A stretch of 64,000 nt of DNA from a virus (taxonomy: Duplodnaviria; Caudoviricetes), in the IMG/VR virus record IMGVR_UViG_3300034106_004043; one strand, written 5' to 3'. Both the position numbers and the translations under genes were made by a program. Below, one piece after another: positions 45,030-55,545 of this stretch. Position 1 is the stretch's first letter. Every line of letters starts with the position of its first letter. The notes under the pieces are model-generated. The model was not told the DNA's origin, ran no database searches, and was given only the letters and a program-made list of their open reading frames with translations.

Positions 45030-47636
45030 TTATTTTATTTTTTTAGCAATATAATTATCAGTTGTTGTATGCGTAATTGTAAATCCAAATTCATGTAGTT
45101 TTTGTATTATTTTTTGATTACTATTTTCATCATTAGTTTTTTCAACACACAATAATCTACATTTTTTTAATTTATTTTGTATTTCATCTATTACAATTAA
45201 TTCATGCCCTTCAACGTCAATATTAATGAAATCATAGGTATCTTTTTCTAAATCATAATATTCAACAATATCATTAAAATTGTATACTATTATTTGATTT
45301 TCTTTCCAACTCATTCCAATAAATCTTTCTTTATTTTCAGGATGTATAGTAGATAATATTCCCTGCGGAGCATCGCTCACATCCCAGTTCAAACTTTCAT
45401 GTATATTTATCACATCTGTTTTATTTGAAACACCCGCATTAATACATTTAATATTTTTATTTTTTTTATATAAATTCTGTAATTTTAAAAAAGCAGTTTG
45501 GGTAGGTTCAACACAAACTCCATCCCATCCTAATAATGCAAGCGCGTGTGTATTTGAAAATGTTTTACCGTCATTCGCACCAATATCTAAAAATTTATTT
45601 GTTTTTGGGTCTTCCCCATCAAAAAATGATAGAATTATTTCCTGTTCATTGTTTTGTGAAAAATCTAAAATGTCATTGTTAACTTTATTTTTAGGTTTAG
45701 CAAAGATTACTCCATGTTTAGCGTTTTTATCCGCTTTAGTTTTACGTCCCATTTCATAAATGATAATATCATATTCAAAATCATTTTTTTCAAGTTTTTC
45801 AAGTATGATATTAATTTGTCCATTGGTATTTTCATGAAACTCAATCATAAATCTATCCACCAATCCAATCTGTTCATCAGTAATTGATTCAAAAATTGGG
45901 TATTCACCACCCTCAATATCACATTTAAATAATGATATTCTACCATAGTCATTATCTTTGTAGATATCATCAATAGTAATAGTGTCACAACTAATTAAAT
46001 TGTTAAGTTGACCATATTCTCCCACATTACCGTCAAAAACATTTGACCCAATAGTTGAATTTTCTTTTGAAAATCTGAAATCAATCTTGGTATGTTCCTT
46101 GTAAACAGGGTTCATATAAATGGTTGATTTAGATAAATCACCATCTAAATGATATTCAATACTTTCCCTTAGGTATGGATTTGCCTCAACTAAAATAACT
46201 TTTTTAGCATTTATGGTATACATGTACTTAGCGAATAACCCAACATTAGCACCAATATCAATTACAGTATCAAGATTTTCTAACTTTAAATCATCAAAAC
46301 ATCTATCAACAAAAAACTCATAATAGTTAATGTAATTACAATCCAAAGGTTTAAATTTAAATTCAGGTATTCTTGGGTAGAAATTAGGATTAACAATTAA
46401 CTCTTGACCAAAAACTAATTCGTTTGTTTCCACATCATAGAACTCAACTAAAAATCCTCTAAAGTTAGGATTGTCTTTGAATTTTTTAATATGAATTGGG
46501 ATAGGCATTGTCCAATAAAATATTGGGTATTCCAAAGGTAAATTAAACCAATACATCGGAGCCTTTGAAGTTATGTCTCTAATACTAACATTAAAATCAA
46601 ACTTTTTATTGCCGGTATAGTTAATGGTAATCTGATTATTATCACCATTAAAATCAAAACTGAAAAGAGAGTCAATACCCCCAACATTTAATACATCCAT
46701 CATATTATTTACATCTTTATCTATATCTCCAGTTAAAAATGTAACTTGAGGTAGTTTATCATATTTTCCACAATACACATCCAAATTATACATCATCATA
46801 GGAATACCATATTCAATAGCCTCCTTAATGGCAATTGGATTTAATTCTTTATTATTTCTATCCCCTTTTGATGGGAACATAAACAAATCGGACGCTTCCA
46901 AAAATTCATTTACATTATCCTTTTCACCCCAAATAATACAGTTTTCAGGTTTGTTATTCATCAGTGGTTCCCAATAACTTCTAAAGTTATCTGCCTGATT
47001 TCCAATGAAATGAAATTTAATTTTACTATTTTCTAACTTACGAGCAATTTCAAAAATGTATTTTTGATTTTTTCTTTCAGTGAATAACCCAACATTAACA
47101 ACATGTTTCCACCCTTTATCGAACCCAAGTTTTTCTTGGAGCATGTTCTTTCTTTTTTCTCTGTTTTCAATAGGATACTCAATTACCTCATAAGGTATGT
47201 CAAACATTGAATACTGAATAGCATTAAACACACTAACAAAGATAAACTTGTCAGGAAACCAAACCTTAGATGTTGGTTTAAAACTTGAATCGTGCGTGGT
47301 TTCAAATATTTTATATGGACGATTTTGTCTATAAATTTGTCTTGTAATGTTATTATCCATGAAAAATTCAGGGAACTCCTCCATTGATATAATGTCAGGT
47401 TGGAAATCGTTAATAACATCAATTAAAACATTCTTATCATCCCATAGAGTAATAAGATTGTCCTCACCAATCATATTTTTAATTCTGTTCTTCTGAACAA
47501 CAAAATCCCAAGAATAACACCCGTATTCAACACACTTTATAATATAATCGTCTTTAAGAAGTTGAATCTTATTCGTAGTAACCTGTGGTAGTCCCCCAGT
47601 AGATAGGTGTGGGACTATAAATAATATTTTCTTCAT
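45030..47636 (-). CDS. GT4-like glycosyltransferase fused to two FkbM-type methyltransferase domains
   Basis: PHLSTGGLP, FMFPS; VIDIGANVG...KCDIEGGE; FLDIGANDG...NIDVEGHE. Confidence 0.85.
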   Translation of the reverse strand: MKKILFIVPHLSTGGLPQVTTNKIQLLKDDYIIKCVEYGCYSWDFVVQKNRIKNMIGEDNLITLWDDKNVLIDVINDFQPDIISMEEFPEFFMDNNITRQIYRQNRPYKIFETTHDSSFKPTSKVWFPDKFIFVSVFNAIQYSMFDIPYEVIEYPIENREKRKNMLQEKLGFDKGWKHVVNVGLFTERKNQKYIFEIARKLENSKIKFHFIGNQADNFRSYWEPLMNNKPENCIIWGEKDNVNEFLEASDLFMFPSKGDRNNKELNPIAIKEAIEYGIPMMMYNLDVYCGKYDKLPQVTFLTGDIDKDVNNMMDVLNVGGIDSLFSFDFNGDNNQITINYTGNKKFDFNVSIRDITSKAPMYWFNLPLEYPIFYWTMPIPIHIKKFKDNPNFRGFLVEFYDVETNELVFGQELIVNPNFYPRIPEFKFKPLDCNYINYYEFFVDRCFDDLKLENLDTVIDIGANVGLFAKYMYTINAKKVILVEANPYLRESIEYHLDGDLSKSTIYMNPVYKEHTKIDFRFSKENSTIGSNVFDGNVGEYGQLNNLISCDTITIDDIYKDNDYGRISLFKCDIEGGEYPIFESITDEQIGLVDRFMIEFHENTNGQINIILEKLEKNDFEYDIIIYEMGRKTKADKNAKHGVIFAKPKNKVNNDILDFSQNNEQEIILSFFDGEDPKTNKFLDIGANDGKTFSNTHALALLGWDGVCVEPTQTAFLKLQNLYKKNKNIKCINAGVSNKTDVINIHESLNWDVSDAPQGILSTIHPENKERFIGMSWKENQIIVYNFNDIVEYYDLEKDTYDFINIDVEGHELIVIDEIQNKLKKCRLLCVEKTNDENSNQKIIQKLHEFGFTITHTTTDNYIAKKIK

Positions 47637-47707
47637 ACCTAAAAAAAATAACAATATTTATTTCATAAATCCATAGAATATAGTATCTTTACAAAAAAAT
47701 ATACACA

Positions 47708-48094
47708 ATGAAAAAATTTATCTTATCAGTCTTTTTAGTTCTTTCAACACTATTATCATTCTCTCAAGAAGTAGGTTTTGCTAAAGCCGTAGAACTCTAT
47801 ACAGGTTATAGAGACACAAATAACGAAATCGTATGGAATGGTTCACCAACATCAGTGGATATTCTAATCAAGTTAGAAGACGACAAAGTAACCATCTTTA
47901 GTCAACAAACCCAAGTATATCGTGTAGTAACCAAACTAAGTGACGAAGATTCATATATCACTTACAGAATGTTAGATTCACAAGGTGGTAACTGTAACTT
48001 CCATATGGGTCCATCTGAAACTCAAGGTTATATATTCATCGCAATTGAATACAACGATTATGCTTGGATGTATCTAACAGAGATAGACGAATAA
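47708..48094 (+). CDS. Secreted hypothetical protein
   Basis: Signal peptide ending SFS-Q. Confidence 0.7.
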   Translation: MKKFILSVFLVLSTLLSFSQEVGFAKAVELYTGYRDTNNEIVWNGSPTSVDILIKLEDDKVTIFSQQTQVYRVVTKLSDEDSYITYRMLDSQGGNCNFHMGPSETQGYIFIAIEYNDYAWMYLTEIDE

Positions 48095-48096
48095 AT

Positions 48097-49017
48097 CTAC
48101 CCCCTCTTGTGTTTAACGTACATATTAACATAGAAATCACCAATACCGTCATTTTTAAAACCCTTACCTTTAACACGTAGGGGTTTTGTTGTATCTATCT
48201 CTTCAGGTAATTTAATATTTAGACTACCTGATGGATGTGGGACATCTAAAGTATCTTTATTAAAATCATCTAACGACATTTGATAATTGTATACTAAGTC
48301 GTTGTTTACCTTATCAAAACCATCCTGTGGTGTTATTTTAACTTTTAATATTAAATCACCAAACAAACCATTATGATAATCACCCATAGATGATGCTTTA
48401 ATCAATTGACCATCAGATATACCATGAGGTAAATTGATATTAATAGTTTCAAACTTATTATTTTTACCTTCACCAGCACAGGAGAAACAAACATTCTTTA
48501 ATGAATATCCCTTACCTTGACATGAGTTACATGTTGTCTGTAAAATATTTGAGAAGAAAGAATTACCAACTCTTTGTACTATTCTACCTGAACCATTACA
48601 AGTGTTACAAGTAATTCTATCCCCACCCTGTCCATTACAGGTGTTACAATTAACTTTTCGACTAAACTGAACATCTATATTATGAGCTAAAAAAGAATCA
48701 ATTGTACCTATATTTAAATCAACTACTTTATCAGGTGCTCTTTTCTGTTTTGGACCCGCCATATTATTAAACAAATCGTTAAACATACTAAATGGGTCTG
48801 AGTCAAACCCTCCAAACGGATTACTACCACCTAAATCATATTGTCTTCTTTTTTCATCATCACCCAAAGTATCATACGCTTGAGAAATTTTCTTAAATGT
48901 CTCTTCATTACCACCTTTATCAGGGTGATGTTCAACTGCTAATTTTCGATACGCCTTTTTAATTTCATCTTGTGTTGATGACCTATCGACTCCAAGTATT
49001 TCGTAAAAATTTTCCAA
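48097..49017 (-). CDS. dnaJ: DnaJ chaperone
   Basis: J domain with HPD; [32 protein letters not shown]; C-terminal domain. Confidence 0.93.
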   Translation of the reverse strand: MENFYEILGVDRSSTQDEIKKAYRKLAVEHHPDKGGNEETFKKISQAYDTLGDDEKRRQYDLGGSNPFGGFDSDPFSMFNDLFNNMAGPKQKRAPDKVVDLNIGTIDSFLAHNIDVQFSRKVNCNTCNGQGGDRITCNTCNGSGRIVQRVGNSFFSNILQTTCNSCQGKGYSLKNVCFSCAGEGKNNKFETININLPHGISDGQLIKASSMGDYHNGLFGDLILKVKITPQDGFDKVNNDLVYNYQMSLDDFNKDTLDVPHPSGSLNIKLPEEIDTTKPLRVKGKGFKNDGIGDFYVNMYVKHKRG

Positions 49018-49054
49018 CTATTTTAATTTTTTATAAATTTATTATCATTACTCT

Positions 49055-49684
49055 ATGGATTCAAAATACCATATAATTTTATTTAAAAATAACAAGAAAA
49101 AAAAGAAACTTAAATCCTTTGTTAGAGAAAATCTTGCAAATGAATATTATAAAAATTTAATATCAAAGTCAAATGAAATTATTTTTGATAAGAAATTTGA
49201 AAATGGTTATGAGTGTCAGTTTTTCCTTGGTATTGTATCTGACAAATATGTCGATAATAATATTCATTATTTAGATGAGTTTGGTAGGAATAAATCAATC
49301 GACCCTAAGATTGACAATAACAACTATATACAAAAAATTAACGTGTATAGATTAGAAGAAAGTCTTTTTGATGTAAAAAATGATAATAAGATTAGTGTCG
49401 ACTACTTTATTAAGAATTATATAAAAGATAAATTGTATCTTATCTCACAAATTAAAAATAAATTTGTTTTACAAAATGATGACGATTTTTCATTATTTAG
49501 TTTAAAGAATGAAGAAGATTGTGAAAGATTTTTAACAATACTGAGTACTTTGGAAGTTAAATCAAAACTAATGATTGTTAGAGATGTCTCTCAGTCACAG
49601 AGAAAATACCTATACAACTTATTGATTGAGAAAGGATTTAATAAAAAGTTCTTGTATACAAGTTTTACTACTTATCCAAGATAA
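49055..49684 (+). CDS. Hypothetical protein
   Basis: 209-aa ORF. Confidence 0.7.
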   Translation: MDSKYHIILFKNNKKKKKLKSFVRENLANEYYKNLISKSNEIIFDKKFENGYECQFFLGIVSDKYVDNNIHYLDEFGRNKSIDPKIDNNNYIQKINVYRLEESLFDVKNDNKISVDYFIKNYIKDKLYLISQIKNKFVLQNDDDFSLFSLKNEEDCERFLTILSTLEVKSKLMIVRDVSQSQRKYLYNLLIEKGFNKKFLYTSFTTYPR

Positions 49685-49889
49685 AAATAAAATCAGTCCC
49701 TGAAATATCTACTTTAAATTGTTCAGCCTCGCTATCTTTACCAGTATTAAATGTTGATAACGATGTTTCAAATTCTTCCAAAGGTAACTCAAATATAATT
49801 GTAACTTTACCTTTTAATAAAGTCTGTGAAGCGTCAGCAATAATCGCCAATTTACTTAGAAATTCATCACTTTCCTTATTCTCTGCCAT
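49668..49889 (-). CDS. Hypothetical protein
   Basis: ORF track. Confidence 0.6.
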   Translation of the reverse strand: MAENKESDEFLSKLAIIADASQTLLKGKVTIIFELPLEEFETSLSTFNTGKDSEAEQFKVDISGTDFIFILDK

Positions 49890-50047
49890 AATGTTAATTT
49901 TTTTTCAGGTTTAAAGAAATCTTCTTTTTTGAACTGTTTGAACAATTCCGCCATTTCTTTTTTTTGTCTTTCTAAATCATCTTTATCCTTCTTCTGCGAT
50001 GATGCTAGGGAGTTCAATAACTTCTGAGTTTGGTCTAGATTTAACAT
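49856..50047 (-). CDS. Hypothetical protein
   Basis: ORF track; start uncertain. Confidence 0.55.
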   Translation of the reverse strand: MLNLDQTQKLLNSLASSQKKDKDDLERQKKEMAELFKQFKKEDFFKPEKKLTLWQRIRKVMNF

Positions 50048-50426
50048 CGTTTAAACTTATTTTTTTATTAATATCAAATTTAAAATTTTTAAGATTATCT
50101 AATGACTCTTTATCAAAAATAGTTTTTAATTCATTAATCTTAGATTCCAATAGTCTTTCTTTCTCCTCTCGCTCTAAATTATAATTAATAATATTCAAGA
50201 TGTTTTCCTGAATAAGATTAATATTTTTTTCATCATATTCACTAACAAATGATAAATTCAATAAGTCATTTGCAGTACCGTTATTAACAAACTTATCCTC
50301 AATTATGTGTTTTTTTAACATTTTCCAAGTCATCGGGAAAGCAACATCAAAAACTAAGTAATTTTCTAATTTCCTAATTTGTGTTAAATAATTTATAATT
50401 GGTGTTAATTCTTTATATATACTCAT
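49983..50426 (-). CDS. Hypothetical protein
   Basis: ORF track. Confidence 0.7.
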   Translation of the reverse strand: MSIYKELTPIINYLTQIRKLENYLVFDVAFPMTWKMLKKHIIEDKFVNNGTANDLLNLSFVSEYDEKNINLIQENILNIINYNLEREEKERLLESKINELKTIFDKESLDNLKNFKFDINKKISLNDVKSRPNSEVIELPSIIAEEG

Positions 50427-50614
50427 GATAAATCAATAATGTAGGTTATAATATAACTTAAAGTTAAATAGAAAGTTAAGAGGTCCCTACCACTTAACTT
50501 TAACCTTTCGGGTGAAGTTTGTAGTAGGGCTCTTAAAAAAATAAATGAAATTCTAAACACATTTAAAATGCTAAGAACAAAGAAAAATAAAAATATTGAC
50601 GTTATATTAAGCAT
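50423..50614 (-). CDS. Small two-TM membrane protein
   Basis: Two hydrophobic stretches. Confidence 0.55.
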   Translation of the reverse strand: MLNITSIFLFFFVLSILNVFRISFIFLRALLQTSPERLKLSGRDLLTFYLTLSYIITYIIDLS

Positions 50615-50783
50615 CCTTCTTTTTACCTTCTAAAATTTCTCCTCTAAATTGTTGTAATAACGCCTTTAACTCTTGAGCACTTTTTCTAGCTCGAGTTCCA
50701 GCACTTTTATTACCGTTATAGAATTTTCCGGCATCAACAGAAAGTAATTCAGTTAATTCTTTGATTTTTTCTACAGTCTCCAT
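50607..50783 (-). CDS. Histone H1-like protein Hc1 family (58 aa), missing from ORF track
   Basis: DAGKFYNGNKSAGTRARKSAQELK...FR. Confidence 0.8.
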   Translation of the reverse strand: METVEKIKELTELLSVDAGKFYNGNKSAGTRARKSAQELKALLQQFRGEILEGKKKDA

Positions 50784-50837
50784 TTAATTAAAAATTAAAA
50801 ATTGTTTATTATAATATCAAGAATAAAGGTTTTTAAA

Positions 50838-51311
50838 TTATTGTAAATTTACTTTGACATTTTTTTCTAATGATTTATACAAAGTAGTTAACAAATCTAA
50901 ATCAGATTTAGTAAAGATTGTATCCATATTAAAAACTTCAGAGAAAAACTTAACTAAAGACATTCTAACCTCAGTAACTTTTTGAGAATAAAAAGTTTCA
51001 TCTAAAAAACTTCTTATAAAAGTTTTGTGTTCACCATCATATTCAAAAAATACACCTTCTTTATTAAAATTTTTAATGGTTTTTTCCCAACACCAATCAA
51101 AGTGTTTTAAATCATCTTCTTCAGTTATTTTAATATTTGTTTCCATAGTTGTTTCATGACCAAGATATGTACTGTAAACCAAATTTACTAAGGATATAAC
51201 AAAATCTTGGAACAACTCCATTTTCAAATAACATATATTATTTGAATCAACCCAAAAATCAAACTCTTCGTCGTCAACGGGTTTAGATATATATAAAAAA
51301 AAATTCTCCAT
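50838..51311 (-). CDS. Hypothetical protein
   Basis: ORF track. Confidence 0.7.
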   Translation of the reverse strand: MENFFLYISKPVDDEEFDFWVDSNNICYLKMELFQDFVISLVNLVYSTYLGHETTMETNIKITEEDDLKHFDWCWEKTIKNFNKEGVFFEYDGEHKTFIRSFLDETFYSQKVTEVRMSLVKFFSEVFNMDTIFTKSDLDLLTTLYKSLEKNVKVNLQ

Positions 51312-51355
51312 ATTTCTATAGAGAATTATAAATTAAATTATTATAAAGTAACTAA

Positions 51356-52855
51356 TTATTTTTTGTATTGATACCCAATAAGTTTTTTCATGTTTTCCAT
51401 TTCCTCATTAAGCAACGAACTTTTTTCATTTAAAATTGATTCGTCAACATTATCTAAAACTTTTTGAGCTTTAGCGGCTGATGAACTTTTCTTACTTTTT
51501 AATCCACCCTTTTGAGTTACTTCACCAGCAACCTCAACAGGTTGTGATTGTCTCTTATAAGACGCCTCTAACTGTTCTGCACCATATAAATTATCCTTGT
51601 AGTTCTTATACATCTTTTCACCTAACTTACTTGGAACAACATTACCTAGTGGGTTTCCGTCCTCATCTAATTCAGCGTTACCTGTTAGTTTATTACCTTT
51701 AAGGTACATCTCAATTTTTTTATCATCAGGTTTAATCTCATCAAATACTATATTAGTTTGACCTGGGTATGCAAATGCGTCAACATACTCATCAACATAC
51801 TCAGATGCAGTATAAGCCTTTTTATCCATTTTTGCAAGTTCTCCATTACCTTTTGGGAACATAACAGGATTAGATTTAAACGTATCTTTAGAACCCGCTT
51901 TAACATATTCAGACATCTTTTTAAAAGATTCTTTATTTGCCTTTGAGTTCTGTTCTTTATCTTTTTTAGAAACTCTATCGTATTGAACCAAACCAGCCGG
52001 TTTACCTGTCTTTTTTAAATTATCTTTAACTTTTTCTTCAGTGACAAGTTCTTCAATCATATCAACTAATTCAGATTCAGATAAATCAAGAAAATCACCA
52101 TCAGACATTTTAACTCGATAATTAATAGGTTCTTCATTATCAGAAACAAAATCAACCTCTTGGTCAATTTCTGGATAGTTTCTCATATACTTTTTCTTTA
52201 GTGATTGAACTCTTGGATTTTCATCGTCAGATAGATTAATATCTTCAAATTCATCATGTCCCATACCTAAACCCATACCACCTAAATCTTCATCAAGTTC
52301 AGAGTTATCAGTATAAGTTTTACCACCTAATTTAAATTTACCACCTTTTGGCGTGTCTTTTAATTTTTTAGTAAAAGCGTTACCTTCTTCTACTTCTTCT
52401 TCCATTTTTTGTAATTTTAAAAAATCCGCTTTAGTCAGTTTACCTTTAGGTTCTGCAACATCTAATTTTTTTTGACCACCATGTAGTCTTTCAGTTGTTT
52501 CACTTCTCGCATCTTTAGAACCCATCGCTAATGCCAAATCTTCAAGACCTGCATTATCATCTTCTTTAATTCTTTTTTTCATATTTGCTATTTTTTTTTC
52601 TCCAAAGGCGACATCACCACCTTGTTTATTTCTTTTAAAATGAAACGGTCCATGTGATGAATGTTTACCTCTTCTCATAAACGTATAATCCTCATCCTCA
52701 TCATCAAAACCATAATCAGTACCAACTTCTAAGTCGTACTTATCAACGTCTTCCATTGTTTCAACCTTTTCCTTAATTTTTTTTGTAATTTCTTCAGCCT
52801 TTTCATTTAAACTTTCATTTAAAATTTTACTGAATAATTTTTGGTTTTGGTTCAT
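51356..52855 (-). CDS. Large charged low-complexity protein, possibly virion-associated
   Basis: 499 aa, Lys/Glu-rich; TATTTATT upstream. Confidence 0.7.
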   Translation of the reverse strand: MNQNQKLFSKILNESLNEKAEEITKKIKEKVETMEDVDKYDLEVGTDYGFDDEDEDYTFMRRGKHSSHGPFHFKRNKQGGDVAFGEKKIANMKKRIKEDDNAGLEDLALAMGSKDARSETTERLHGGQKKLDVAEPKGKLTKADFLKLQKMEEEVEEGNAFTKKLKDTPKGGKFKLGGKTYTDNSELDEDLGGMGLGMGHDEFEDINLSDDENPRVQSLKKKYMRNYPEIDQEVDFVSDNEEPINYRVKMSDGDFLDLSESELVDMIEELVTEEKVKDNLKKTGKPAGLVQYDRVSKKDKEQNSKANKESFKKMSEYVKAGSKDTFKSNPVMFPKGNGELAKMDKKAYTASEYVDEYVDAFAYPGQTNIVFDEIKPDDKKIEMYLKGNKLTGNAELDEDGNPLGNVVPSKLGEKMYKNYKDNLYGAEQLEASYKRQSQPVEVAGEVTQKGGLKSKKSSSAAKAQKVLDNVDESILNEKSSLLNEEMENMKKLIGYQYKK

Positions 52856-52877
52856 TTTTGTTTTTTATAATAAATAC

Positions 52878-53423
52878 TTATTTTTTTAGATTTTTTAGTA
52901 TTTCTTCATTAATCATTTTAGTAATTGTTGTTTCACTTAAATTATATTCTTTAGATAATTTACCAACAATATTTTCAAATATATCAGTTTCAGAAAGTTT
53001 TAAAGCATTAATATCACCTTGGTTACAGTAAGGGTACTTTTGACATTTCTTTTTAATTTTAACAAACTTTCCACCTTTATATAAAGGTTTTGACGCACCT
53101 CTCCAATCTTTCTTACTTGATGACTTAGCCAAAAATGAAGGTCCTTCATATGAACCAGATGAGCTAGAACCTGTCGCTTCAGTTGCTTCAACTTTTTTAA
53201 TACCATCACAACTACATTCAGATTTAGTTTTATCACAAACATCACAATGTTCTTCTTCTGATAACGGTCCAACAAACGCTCCTACTGAGCCTGAACTAGT
53301 TGCTTCTTTAGTTTCTAATGCTTTTGAATACTTATTCAAATCTTCCGCAGCATCTGCACCTGATTGACCAAGTTGTCCATACTGTTTTCTAATACTATTC
53401 ATTAAAGATTGTCCTAAGTTCAT
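52878..53423 (-). CDS. Hypothetical Ser/Gly-rich protein with Cys clusters
   Basis: HCDVC..CSC; CQKYPYC. Confidence 0.65.
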   Translation of the reverse strand: MNLGQSLMNSIRKQYGQLGQSGADAAEDLNKYSKALETKEATSSGSVGAFVGPLSEEEHCDVCDKTKSECSCDGIKKVEATEATGSSSSGSYEGPSFLAKSSSKKDWRGASKPLYKGGKFVKIKKKCQKYPYCNQGDINALKLSETDIFENIVGKLSKEYNLSETTITKMINEEILKNLKK

Positions 53424-53426
53424 ATT

Positions 53427-53681
53427 TTATCTTTTTAATCTATCTCCCCAAATATTTCTTGATGTAAATAAATACTCATAAAAATCTTGTAATGATTTGG
53501 TTACAATTAATTTTATATCTTTATTTATACCACCCTTCTTAACTTCAGATGATATAATATCAATAAGTTTAGTTTCAAATTGTTTTAAAGTGTTTGATTC
53601 AAGAAATCCTTTCACTTCTTTTTTAACAATTTTTTCTATTTCGTTTTTTTCAGATTGATTGAAAGCCATTTTAAAACGCAA
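53427..53681 (-). CDS. Hypothetical protein
   Basis: ORF track. Confidence 0.6.
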   Translation of the reverse strand: MRFKMAFNQSEKNEIEKIVKKEVKGFLESNTLKQFETKLIDIISSEVKKGGINKDIKLIVTKSLQDFYEYLFTSRNIWGDRLKR

Positions 53682-54093
53682 GTATTAATAATAAAAGTGT
53701 TAATCCTCCACCAGCATAGGTTCCGACTTTCCACCATTTAGTTTTATCGTTATTGGTTTTAATCTCATCCTTTAAATCATCAGTCATATCAACATATAAA
53801 CCAATTTGTTTGTCTTTCTCACCAATAATAATTTGATTGTTTTTATCTTTCTCTTCTAAAATTTCAATTTTCTTATCTTTATCACCTTCCCTCTTTTCCA
53901 ATAAAGAAATTTTAGAATATAATTGTTGGTTTTCTTCAATACAACCATCCAACCTAATCAAATCTTTAGCAATCTTTCTAGCAACCTCAGAACTGATAAC
54001 AACCTTAGTAGTGTCTTTACTTACCGTATTTGTCTGTGAAAAAATGTTGAAGGTCATCATTACCGAGATTATCAACAGAAGCAACTTTTTCAT
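53671..54093 (-). CDS. Exported coiled-coil protein with C-terminal TM (spanin-like candidate)
   Basis: Signal peptide ending IFS-Q; coiled coil; hydrophobic C-terminus; overlaps the upstream gene. Confidence 0.55.
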   Translation of the reverse strand: MKKLLLLIISVMMTFNIFSQTNTVSKDTTKVVISSEVARKIAKDLIRLDGCIEENQQLYSKISLLEKREGDKDKKIEILEEKDKNNQIIIGEKDKQIGLYVDMTDDLKDEIKTNNDKTKWWKVGTYAGGGLTLLLLILAF

Positions 54094-54361
54094 TTGTTTT
54101 CTTTTTAATTACGTTTATGTTGTTATCAACCAATTGTATTTCTTGGGTTATTTCTAATATATTTGTATCGAGTTCCGCTAATTTATTATCTAATTCTTTA
54201 TTCAAAATTGAGACTGAATCAATCTTTGTTTGGATACTATCAATTGATGTTTGATATTTTTTAACATCAGTTTTAATTTGATTTGTTGTAATAATATTAT
54301 ACACAAACAAACCGATAATAATTAAAAATAAAATTCCAATTATATTATTCTTATTGTTCAT
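54017..54361 (-). CDS. N-terminal TM plus coiled-coil protein (i-spanin-like candidate)
   Basis: IIGILFLIIIGLFVY then heptad repeats; start trimmed to MNNKNN. Confidence 0.55.
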   Translation of the reverse strand: MNNKNNIIGILFLIIIGLFVYNIITTNQIKTDVKKYQTSIDSIQTKIDSVSILNKELDNKLAELDTNILEITQEIQLVDNNINVIKKKTNEKVASVDNLGNDDLQHFFTDKYGK

Positions 54362-54956
54362 TTGTCTCAGGTTTTGTTTTCTTTCTACTAGCAAGAACTT
54401 TAGCCCATTTTGACTTAAATTTCTCATAGAAAGTTTGAAGTTTATTAATACCATCTAAAAAGTTTTCATCAACTTTTACCATATCACCTGAAATGTAGAT
54501 ACCATTACTTTCACCTATAGTGAAATAAAAATTTAAATCAAAATCAACAATCTTACCACTCCAATCAACATTACTCTGATAAACATTTAATTGACCAAAA
54601 TTCACCAAATCAGAAACTTCGGAAACAAACTCGTCCATCGTTTCTTGGAAATTTTTCTTATCATCAGTTGTTAATTCAACATCTTGAGTGCTATTACCAT
54701 GTAAAACTAATAATCCACCTGAAATACGATATCCCTGTTCAAATTCACTACTTTTACCATCAGTGTCTTCAATTTCATCTTCAACCGCACCTGGTACATT
54801 ATACCTATCATTAATATTAGGAGTATCTCTAATTGCGTCCTCAACTAAATAAGTTTTCTTTATTTCACTAATGTGTTCAGATATATTAGGATTTTTACTA
54901 TTAATTAAATCTCTAATTATATTAATCTGATTTTTGATGTCTTGGTTATCCTTCAT
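54351..54956 (-). CDS. Hypothetical protein
   Basis: 201-aa ORF. Confidence 0.7.
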   Translation of the reverse strand: MKDNQDIKNQINIIRDLINSKNPNISEHISEIKKTYLVEDAIRDTPNINDRYNVPGAVEDEIEDTDGKSSEFEQGYRISGGLLVLHGNSTQDVELTTDDKKNFQETMDEFVSEVSDLVNFGQLNVYQSNVDWSGKIVDFDLNFYFTIGESNGIYISGDMVKVDENFLDGINKLQTFYEKFKSKWAKVLASRKKTKPETNEQ

Positions 54957-55545
54957 TTTCTATATTGTTTTTAAAATATTCATAATTAAAAGATGGGCTT
55001 AAATCAGTAAATCGATTGTTGAAATTACTTTTACAAACAATCCCATTAAACAATTTTACACCCTCAACTTTTGTGTTGTGTCCAATAAATCTATTATCTA
55101 TTGAAAACTTACTCAAAAGTTTTTTTGATAATCCAACAAGAGAATCAATCTGTTCTAATGGGTATGGTTCCCACCAAATCTTATCTCTCCATTTTTTTTC
55201 AAAAATATCTTTACTATAAATATCACCAATCCAATTAGAATATGATATTCCTAAAGGAGTTTTTTTTAACCATCCTAAATTCTCCAAACAAATGACAATA
55301 GAATTTCTATTTATCTCCGTATCAGTAAAAATATTTGAATAAGAATCGTCAGGTATTAGACTTATGATATCACCTTTTTTATTTATAAAATAGTTTGGTA
55401 TTCTATCAAAATTACCATTATTTCGATTCTTTAATGACGTTAGATATTCATTCTGAGGCCTAAAACTATGACAAAGAATTATTTGCTTTTTGTTTTTGTT
55501 TTTTTCAAACTTAGGAAATTTACCATATTTTTTAATATTAAGCAT
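54946..55545 (-). CDS. N-acetylmuramoyl-L-alanine amidase (Amidase_2-like)
   Basis: IILCHS, NYFINKKG, SIVICLEN, IGHN, DLSP. Confidence 0.75.
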   Translation of the reverse strand: MLNIKKYGKFPKFEKNKNKKQIILCHSFRPQNEYLTSLKNRNNGNFDRIPNYFINKKGDIISLIPDDSYSNIFTDTEINRNSIVICLENLGWLKKTPLGISYSNWIGDIYSKDIFEKKWRDKIWWEPYPLEQIDSLVGLSKKLLSKFSIDNRFIGHNTKVEGVKLFNGIVCKSNFNNRFTDLSPSFNYEYFKNNIENEG

